From Chloropicon primus (taxonomy: Eukaryota), in the NCBI GenBank assembly GCA_023205875.1, contig CP060761.1, forward strand, positions 620,001 to 684,000: DNA of 64,000 nt, given 5' to 3'. A program made the translations under genes and the position numbers. Each line of letters begins with the position of its first letter. Within the stretch, counting starts at the first letter, position 1. The notes under the pieces were generated by a model, which saw only the letters and a list, made by a program, of their open reading frames with translations, had not been told where the DNA came from and made no database searches. Shown in pieces: positions 51,814 through 61,000 of the stretch.

Positions 51814-53964
51814 TCACGCGTTCACGTTGGAGAGAATGCCCGCGCCAGAGCTCGACACGACGACCTGGAATCCCTTGCCCTTCTTGGCCAAGATTGGCTT
51901 GAACTTGGCCAGGTCGGACCTGTCCAGGAGCTTGTTGAGGTCCTTCTCGGAGATGTTGCAGCCTTTCACTGCCCCGTCCATCTCCATGGAATCGCTCAGG
52001 ATCTCCTTCATCTCGTCGACAGAAAAAGTGATCTTCTTGTCCATGTCGTCTTGCACGAAGGCGCCCTTCTTGATCACAAGCCTCTCCAGCTTGAGCTTGC
52101 TCTCGGCCTTGGCGAGCATTCTCTCCTCCACCGAGTTGGCCGTGATCAGCCTGAAGACGAGGACGGGCTTGGTCTGACCGATCCTGTGGCACCTGTCCAT
52201 GGCCTGCAAGTCCTGCTGCGGGTTCCAGTCCGAATCGTAGATGATCACGGTGTCCGCGGCGGCCAGGTTGATGCCCAAGCCCCCGGCCCTCGTGCTGAGG
52301 AGAAAGTAGTTGTAGGCAGGGTCGTTGTTGAACCTGGCAATGTTGTCCCTCCTTTCCAGCAACGGGACGTTGCCGTCGATCCTGCAGGCCTGCTCCCCCT
52401 TGTCCTCCAAGTACACCTCAAGGAGGTCCAGCATCTTTGTCATCTGAGAGAAGATCAGGACCTTGTGGTTCTTCTTCCTGAGCTTTGTCAGGAGTCTGTC
52501 AAGGAGCTTCATCTTGCCGCACTGCTGCACCAGCTCGTCCCCGCTTGGCAGCAAGTACGACCCGTCGTACTCCCCGGTGATTAGATCGGGGTGGTTGCAG
52601 TTCTTCCTCATCTGCATCAGGATGTTCCTCAACTTGCTCACGTTGGCGCCCTTCAAGAATTGCCTCGCCTGGACCCTGAGGTTCTTCTCCAGCGTTCTGT
52701 CCAGAAGTTGCTTGTTGATATTCTTCTGGTGATCCGTCATCGTTGGAAACAAAACGATCTCCTTCTTCATGGGGAGAGAGACGATGACGTCGGCCTTGAG
52801 CCTCCTCAAGAGAAACGGCTTGAGGATGTTGTGAAGCTTCTCGACGATCATCGTGTGCTGGGTCGCTGACTTCTCGTCCGCGTCGTTCACCTTGCTGAAG
52901 TCGAACCACCTCTCGAAATCGGCCAAGGAGGAGAAGACGTCCGGGAGCAAGAAGTTGAGAAGGGACCAAAGCTCAGAGAGGTTGTTCTGCAGCGGCGTCC
53001 CCGTGAGAAGGAGCTTGTTCGCGACATCGAAGTTCCTCAGCTCCCGAATCAGCTTGCAGTTGAAGTTCTTCAGCCTGTGGCCCTCGTCCACGACCATGTA
53101 CTTGTAGTGGTACTTTTGCAAAGGCTTTGCGTCCCTGATGGCGATCTCGTACGACGTCACGATCACGGGGAAGGTGGGGAAGCCGGGGTTGGCGAACCTC
53201 TCCAACATCCTCATCTGCGCCCTCTCCTCCGCGGTCCCGTGGTACAGGACGACAGGAATATCGGGCACCCACTTTTGGAACTCTTGGACCCAGTTGCTCA
53301 GCATGGAAAGAGGCGCAACAATGAGGAAGGGCCCCACGATGTTCTTGTCCCACAAGTGAGAAAGGAAGCCGATGGCCTGCACCGTCTTTCCCAGACCCAT
53401 CTGGTCGGCAAGGATGCCGTTAAGACCGTTCTGCCACAGGGACATCATCCACTTGACGCCCTTGATCTGGTACTCTCTCAAGATCCCCCCCTTCATCAGC
53501 GGCAGCAAAAACTCTTGCGTCGTCTCCTTGGCCTTCTTGCTGCTCTTCTCCTCCTTTCCCACGGCCTGCTCGATCTCATCCATCTGCTCCGACAGGAACT
53601 TTGAGTACAAGTTCGTCTGGTCAAGCAAGTGATTCAGCTGGACGTACTTCTTCTCGTCCAGGGTCAGGTCGCTCTCCTCCGTCCCCCTCTTCTTCTCCGC
53701 GGCGGCGCGCTCCTCCTCGCTCGGGTCGTAGTCCCCGTCCTTCTCCTCCTGAGCCTCCCTCTCCTTCCTGATCTTCTCCTCCTCCGCCACTAACCCCGCG
53801 TCCGCGTCCACCATACCGCTGTTGCTCGTGTTGTCGTCGCTCGTGCTCCCTTGCTCGAACACCGTTCGTGGAGACTCGTCCGTCCTCACCCTCTTGCTCT
53901 CCCCAGACCCCGCAGCCTTCCTCGCAGACGCCCTCGGCGGGCTTCCTCGCTTCGTTCCACCCAT
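51814..53964 (-). CDS. DDM1: SNF2-family chromatin remodeler DDM1/LSH (HELLS)
   Basis: LNHLLDQTNLYSKFL, NGILADQMGLGKT, VVDEGHRLKNFNCKL, MQMRKNCNHPDL, STRAGGLGINL and DLQAMDRCHRIGQTKPV. Confidence 0.92.
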   Translation of the reverse strand: MGGTKRGSPPRASARKAAGSGESKRVRTDESPRTVFEQGSTSDDNTSNSGMVDADAGLVAEEEKIRKEREAQEEKDGDYDPSEEERAAAEKKRGTEESDLTLDEKKYVQLNHLLDQTNLYSKFLSEQMDEIEQAVGKEEKSSKKAKETTQEFLLPLMKGGILREYQIKGVKWMMSLWQNGLNGILADQMGLGKTVQAIGFLSHLWDKNIVGPFLIVAPLSMLSNWVQEFQKWVPDIPVVLYHGTAEERAQMRMLERFANPGFPTFPVIVTSYEIAIRDAKPLQKYHYKYMVVDEGHRLKNFNCKLIRELRNFDVANKLLLTGTPLQNNLSELWSLLNFLLPDVFSSLADFERWFDFSKVNDADEKSATQHTMIVEKLHNILKPFLLRRLKADVIVSLPMKKEIVLFPTMTDHQKNINKQLLDRTLEKNLRVQARQFLKGANVSKLRNILMQMRKNCNHPDLITGEYDGSYLLPSGDELVQQCGKMKLLDRLLTKLRKKNHKVLIFSQMTKMLDLLEVYLEDKGEQACRIDGNVPLLERRDNIARFNNDPAYNYFLLSTRAGGLGINLAAADTVIIYDSDWNPQQDLQAMDRCHRIGQTKPVLVFRLITANSVEERMLAKAESKLKLERLVIKKGAFVQDDMDKKITFSVDEMKEILSDSMEMDGAVKGCNISEKDLNKLLDRSDLAKFKPILAKKGKGFQVVVSSSGAGILSNVNA

Positions 53965-54573
53965 TCTCTCTCTCGCACCCGCACCACAAGCTCGTGATCA
54001 ACCTCCTGCTGCTGTGTCCAACGCCAAACAAACAAACAAACAAACAACGATGATGACGATGATGATGATGATTTGGTGTTGATTTTGATGATGAAACATG
54101 GAAAGAGAATATCAGTCTCCCGGGTTCGATCCCCTTCGACTGAAGCGTCGTTCGAAAGAGCGGGACGAGACGGTTCCATCGATCCCGCTCCCCCCGCCCT
54201 CCGCCGCAAACTTACTCTCGTTCTTCACCGCGTTCGATCGAGGAGGATCGAGGAAAAAAACAACAAGAACAAGAACAAGATCGAATTGACGAAAAAAAAG
54301 TCTCAGCGCCAACCACCCCAGCCGCCAAATCCTTCAAGAGAGGGTTCGATCGAAAGAGCACGAGGAGACGAATCCACCGATGCCTTACCCTCACGCCCTC
54401 GTGTCCTCGTTCGTGCCCACCTTCGCGTCGAACTTACCTCGCTCCTCTCCTCGCGTCGCCGGATTCTCTGCTTTTTGTAGTTCCTGCGTCTTGAGAGGTG
54501 GACGAATGGAAAGCCACGAATTTTCGTCCCCCTCGCGCGAGGAATTTTTTGGCGGGAAACGGAGGAGGCGCTA

Positions 54574-54867
54574 GCTGGGATGGATCCTCATTGAGGGGAG
54601 GGAGGAAAGCCGAGGCCTTGATGCAAGATGGAGGAGGAGGAGGAGGCTGGGATGGATCCCCTCATTGAGGGGAGGGAGGAAAGCCGAGGCCTTGATGCAA
54701 GATGGAGGAGGAGGAGGAGGCTGGGATGGATCCCCTCATTGAGGGGAGGGAGGAAAGCCGAGGCCTTGATGCAAGATGGAGGAGGAGGAGGAGGCTGGGA
54801 TGGATCCCCTCATTGAGGGGAGGGAGGAAAGCCGAGGCCTTGATGCAAGATGGAGGAGGAGGAGGAA
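54574..54867. repeat. 74-bp tandem repeat x4 (first unit 72 bp) with internal hairpin
   Basis: Unit gctgggatggatcccctcattgaggggagggaggaaagccgaggccttgatgcaagatgg(agg)n starts at 54574, 54646, 54720 and 54794. Confidence 0.95.
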
Positions 54868-55022
54868 GCATTGATGGAGGCGTCGTCTCGTCTTCGGCAA
54901 GGACTGCTCAGTCCGGGGGAAAGCATTAAGAAAAAGGAACTAAAATTGTTATTAAACTTTTTTTTTTAGTTCGGTTAGTTATTTTGATTATGATTTTTTG
55001 TTTCAAGTTCTCTCGAACCGCC

Positions 55023-58000
55023 TCACTTGCGGGTCTTCAAGAAAGACTTGATCACGATGCGAAGCGTTCTCGTCCTGTTGCTGAGCCTTGCCATCCTGCT
55101 GATGCTGGACTGGTTGATTCCCAGGGCCTCAGCCAGAATTTCCTGCGCCCTCTCTGGAAGGGACGTCAGCGTCTCTATGGACAGGACTTGGTCGGCCGCC
55201 TTGAGCTCTCCAACGAGCTCCACGACGAGCTTCTTGTCGATCGTTCCCAGGAACTCCTGCAGGATGTCCTGGTCCTCCTGACTCACGTCTCCCTCAGCCA
55301 TCCTCGCTCTCAGCCACCGAAGAGCTTCCTCGCTCTCGTAGTCGAGCTCCTCGTCCACAGTCTCGCTCGTGGATTCTCCGCTCGAACTGGCTTCTGGTCT
55401 CCCGTTTCCATTGGCGTGGGCTGCCATCTTTTTCATCCATTTTGGTTGTGCCACCGGAATGCACCCCAAAACAGTTGTCTTTCCTCCACCACCATCTCCG
55501 GAGACGTCACCCCCGTTCTGCGCCGGGATGCACCCCAGGATCGTTGACTTGGGCGCCTGGTCTTCCCCTGCTGGAGCTGGTGCTGGCCTCAGCAAGAGCT
55601 TTTTCTTCTTTCCATACTTTCCTTTCCCGTTCTTTCCGGGCAAGAAAGCGCGGAGCCTGTCTTGGAGAATGCCACCCTCGTTGTGGTGCCACTCCACAAA
55701 TGTCTTGAAAACCGTTCTCCAGAAAGGCAGGTTTTCGAATTTGGCCGAAGGAAGCATGGTGAAGTGGTCTCCCGGAACATCCACAATCTGGAAATTGTTG
55801 CAATGCTCGTGCCATCCAATGACGTGATGGAAGTCGATGTTAAACAGATCATCAACTAGTGGTAGTCCACCTCTCACCATGGGGCGGAAGTAGAGCAGTG
55901 TCCCCCTCTCCAGTTTCGATGTCACGTTGTATTCCTGTGGTCTCAGAGCCCCAAAGTTCCACCAAGACTCCATATACTCGATGCTCTCGTGGAAAAGATC
56001 CTTTCCAAAATCTCTACCAATGATTGCGGAATAGATTTCCAAGAATTCTTCCATTCGCTGGTCCGGTGTCATATCCGGCCACGTCTTTGAAAACCTGGGC
56101 CACATGTAGTGCCTTTGTAGTACTCGCTGCATCACAAACTCGGCTTTCTCCTCAAATGGAAGCTGGGCACATGCACCAAAGTCCCGTAACTGCACAGGAT
56201 GTAAGCCGTCCATCAGAACCAACTTCTCCACGAAATAAGACTGCTGCTCCAATTTGACAGCCAAGTCATATGCTACTATTGCCCCAGCGGACCAGCCCAT
56301 GATAATGAAAGGTCCCTGCAGCTTCATAGACAGTACCTGGAACAGATACTCAGCTGCTAACTGTGCTACAGGCTTGTCAGTGCTGCCTGACAGAGTGTAA
56401 ACGCCTCTTGAAGTCCATGTCATAAATGACCTGATTTGCACAACATCCTCCTCTGAAAGACCAGGAGATATCAACAAAACAATTGGCGTGGATTCACTGA
56501 GCATGCTGTCCGACTGATAGGAAGACGCCGCCACATTCTGAATTCTGGGGACATGCTTTTGTACTGCCTTCTCTTTCACAAATTGATCATGTATGCCAAC
56601 AAGATGATCCGCTACGAGGTGAATTGATTTCAGTTTTGCTGCAATTGTGTTGATGAAGAAATGGTCTCCATCCATTTTGAATATCTTGTACACATGTGAA
56701 GTGTAATGTTGCCAACTGAGAACGTCGTTGTACCCAAGCGTAGTATCAGATTCGCCATAGAGGCACATAATTGGCATCGGCAATGGCTTCTTGTTTTTAG
56801 GTCTGTAACTCAGACACAATTTGCTATCACACAGAATGCCAGGCATGATGAAGTTGTATAAGTCATCGCTCTGGCGGAGCTTGTCGATTCCTGAAAAGAC
56901 GCTAGTCTTTTCCAATACATCTAGTACAGTGTCTTTCGGAAGCTCATCCATGTACTCCATCAGCTCTGCGATACTGGAATCAAAATCATATGAAAGATTT
57001 GTAATTCCTCTCAGATCACCTTCATCTTTACTCGCAAACATCCTTTGCACAAAGAATGGGAATACATGTGGTGCAGGACAAGCAGCTGGGAACAACGCCA
57101 TGATGTTATCTAGTTTCTCAGTTTCTCCATGGTCAACCAGCCACACTATGGTTTCGTACATAATTATGGCACCTGTTGAGAGAGCAAAGAAAGCACAAGG
57201 CTTGTCAAATGCCAAATTTGTCGCCAAATTTTCAGCTATGCTGTGAACATCAGAAGAAGCACTTTCGTGGAATCTCCTCCCATGACCAGGAAGCTCAATT
57301 GGACAAATCTGAATGCTAGCAGGTAGGTACAAAGACCATTCTGCAAATATTTGCTCACTCACTCCTCCTGCATATGCTAAACAGTACAGTCTCATTGTAG
57401 CATCCACATTGCTAGGAATGAAAAGAACTTCCTCTTTAACATCCTCTTCAATGTCAACACTCTCAATAGTCTTGATTTCACCACTAATATAAGAAGAAAC
57501 CGCATTGATGTTTGGATAATCAAACACCAAAGTAGTGGGCAATTCCACACCCATGCTCTGTTGAACCGTGTTATGAAGCTCCACAGCTCCTAAGGAGTCC
57601 AAACCTGCATCCAAGAGCGGCTCATCCCCACCAACTTCACGGCCGAGAACGTCTCCAACAACACCTGTGAGGTAAGTTTCAATCTGGGACGTGCGCTCGT
57701 TTTCTGAAAGCTTTGCAAGCTGTGCAGCAAAGCCAGTCTGACCTGAAACAGATTTGCTACCATCAGCTTCAAGCGCATCTCTTTCTACTTCACTGAAGAA
57801 AGCAGGAACAGAAGGCATCAATTTCAGGAAGCGGCCCCATGAGATTGGTGCTGCCGCTACCAAAGGCAAAGACATGCCAGCACTGACACTATCATTGGCG
57901 GATCGCAAGATACTTCCCAAAACACACAAACCTTCAACTGACGTCAAAGATTGCATGCCAACACGTTCCAGTCTCGAGGACGTAGAGGAAGACTGCAGAG

Positions 58001-61000
58001 CCATTCCTCCACCAGACCATGCTCCCCACTGAATGCTGGTGGCACAGCCTCCCTGAGACTCCATGGCGCTGGACCACGTGTCCAAGTAGGCATTGGCTGC
58101 ACTGTAGTTGGATTGACCCGCTGAGCCTAGCAACGACGCTATGGAAGAGAACAACAGTTGAGAGGAAACACTGTGACCCCAAGAGCGCGCATGCAAATGA
58201 TGCAAGGCATCCACCTTGGGTGCAAAGACAGTGCGTACACTCTGCATGCTCTGAGATCCCAAAAGCATATCAGACAGCAAGCCTCCAGCATGCATCACTT
58301 GAGCCAAAGGCATGTCAAGGCCTGGCCACGACAAAGCACTGCTGCACTCCTCCTGGGAGCCTGCATCGCATCTAATGGCACAGAACACTGCACTGCTCGA
58401 TGGATCTTGCAAACTCAACAAGGCAGACTTGGATTTGTCCATGTCAACAGGCAACCTGTAATGACCAGAACGTCCGGCAAGCCTGAGATCAGGGGTCATG
58501 TGTTGGGCAGCCCACTGACCCATAAGGGATCCAAGGGCACCCAAACCACCTGTCACAAAAGAGCAACCAGACTCCTGCATACTCAACAGGCTTGTGGTGC
58601 CAAGACCCTGGCTCACAACAACCTTGCCAACATGCTTAGCACCAGCCAGCCAACGGAGGGCAGCTTGAACGCCGTTCAGTGTATGAGAAGTACTTCTCAG
58701 CCCTGACACGGCACCCTCTGCAATACCACCAGCAAGACGGCACAGTGCCTGGTGTGTCCTGGCAGGAGGCAAGAAGTCCACCGCCAAAAGACTGTAAACC
58801 ACATCAGGACGCTCCCGGTGTACACCAGATGGACTCCAAATGTCGCGCTTACCAATCTCCACCAACTGACCACCAAGGTGCAAGCAAGATAAACTTGCTC
58901 CGACCATACCTGATGATGTCAGCGAGTTGAGAATCAAGCCCATGCCTTCCACCTGTCCATTGTAAGCCGTTTGTCCCAAATCAGCATACCTGGTCGATCG
59001 CGAACTCACAACATGTTGTACGCCCATAGATCTCAGCAAGTGCCTCTTCAAACTGCTACCTGCTGTGGCCCACATCTCGCCACCAAGGGCATGAACCACT
59101 TGACAAGCAGCCAGGCCTATGCCTCCCGCAGCGGCATGCACCAGTACAGCCTGACCTGCATTGCTTGGAAGAGATGCTGCATGGCACATGGCAACATCTA
59201 CGGTCATGAACACAGTGACCATGGTGCATGCCTCCACAAAACTAGCGGCCTTGGGAATAGGCACAACAAGCTGATGCAGAGTGTATGCGTGCGATCCCAG
59301 ACAACCAGGTGCCAAACCTGCCACCCGGATGCCAACCTGCAATGCATCTGGAGCATCATGCAGATGACGGGTGTCCCACACATCACTCACGATACCAGAC
59401 ATGTCACTTCCTGGAGGACCAGGATCTCCTGGATAAGCTCCAAGAACATTCAAGACGTCCCTGAAATTTAGACCAACAGCCATTACCTGAAGGAATACCA
59501 TGCCCTCCCCTCCCGCGTCAGAATCCAGCTTGTGTGCAGCCAAACTACTCAAAGAGCCCCTTGGGCTGGGTACAAGCTGAGAATAAGACAAAGAGGAAGA
59601 CACTCTACCATGCAGCAAACGAGACTGGAGCCAAGTGTTTTGCCTGATAGCAGCTTCCAGGTCGTGCAATGACGTTGTCAGGCTCTGTGCAGACACATCA
59701 CTTGGAGCATACATATCAAGATCCACATCATGCATTGCTTGACGTGGGCGCTCCTGAGCCAATGTACGCATCAAACCCAGCATACTTCCGAATGACCAGT
59801 TGCTGAGGGACGAGGAGCTGCTTGACCAAGCCGCAGGCAAGCATCCCAAAACAAGAGCAACAAGCTTGCTCGCGCCTGTTACACTTTCAGGAAGCTGTTG
59901 CAGTAAAGCCATTACTGCTTGAGTCACCAGCATACTGGCATTCACGCCAAGGCCAGGATGTACTTCAAAAGCAATCTCACTCTGGTCCTGCTCCAACAAA
60001 ATGGTGAAGCGAGAAAGATCATGTCCTTGCAACGAAGAAGAAGATGGCAAAACAACACTATCACATTGCCAAGAAACCTCGTACAGGAGGTCCTTCTTTT
60101 CTGTGACAGCCTGGGCCCTACCCACTGGACGGGCACCCATCTGCCTTGCCTCCAACTCACTCAGAACGGCAACAGGGGCACCGCTCTTCCTCTGGAGCAC
60201 GTGATTTGTGATCACAGACTGTGAACCAGAAGGTGGTGCCACGGACTCTGCCAAAGCATACATATGCAAGTCATGCGTCTTCTGTGGCACACTGAAAGCT
60301 CCAAAGCCGGCAGGCACATAAGCTCCTCCAGACATACCGGATGACTCCGCAGAGTCACTTCCAACGTGCATCACGGCAGCCAGCTGCAAGCAGCCATCTA
60401 AGGCAGCAGGGTGAACCATCATACCTGACTCATCGTGATCACCTGGAAGGTGCTCAGGGATACTCTTCATGCATCCTTGAGCAGCCCTACCTGTCTTCAC
60501 ACGCACATTCCATGCACCACTGAACTGGGGACCGTACTGAAGGCCCGCCAAAGCCAAACCTTGGCGCACTTGTGACCAATCCAGTGGTCCTTGGCAGAGA
60601 CTGCGGGTACAATCTATAGAAACGTTTGTGTCCGTAACAGCATCTGCGCTGACGATCTCACTGACAAGCCGAGAAGCTAGAGAACGCATGTGTACGCTGC
60701 CTCCGCTCGGGCCTGACATGCTGGATGAAGAGCCTATCTGAAGCTCGCCCGTCAAACACCAAATCTTGCTTTCCAAGTACAGAGGAGCACTTGTTGAGTC
60801 ATCTGTTGGCGAGACTGGCAGCATCAGAGGTGCAGCGATGGATGCCTGCACTGCAGCTCCAGGCAACGACCCTTGATGAGCCACCGCAACCAACGCACAG
60901 GCTGTCTCCATGAAGCCAGCTCCAGGGAAGAGCACACGGCCCATCACCCTGTGATCCCAAATCCATTGCAGACTTGGACGCATCAGTTGGCTGTATGTGC

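Noticed and set aside
54574..54867. CRISPR-like array of palindromic repeats
   Set aside because: The sequence between hairpins is identical in each unit, so there are no spacers. Eukaryotic context with no cas genes.
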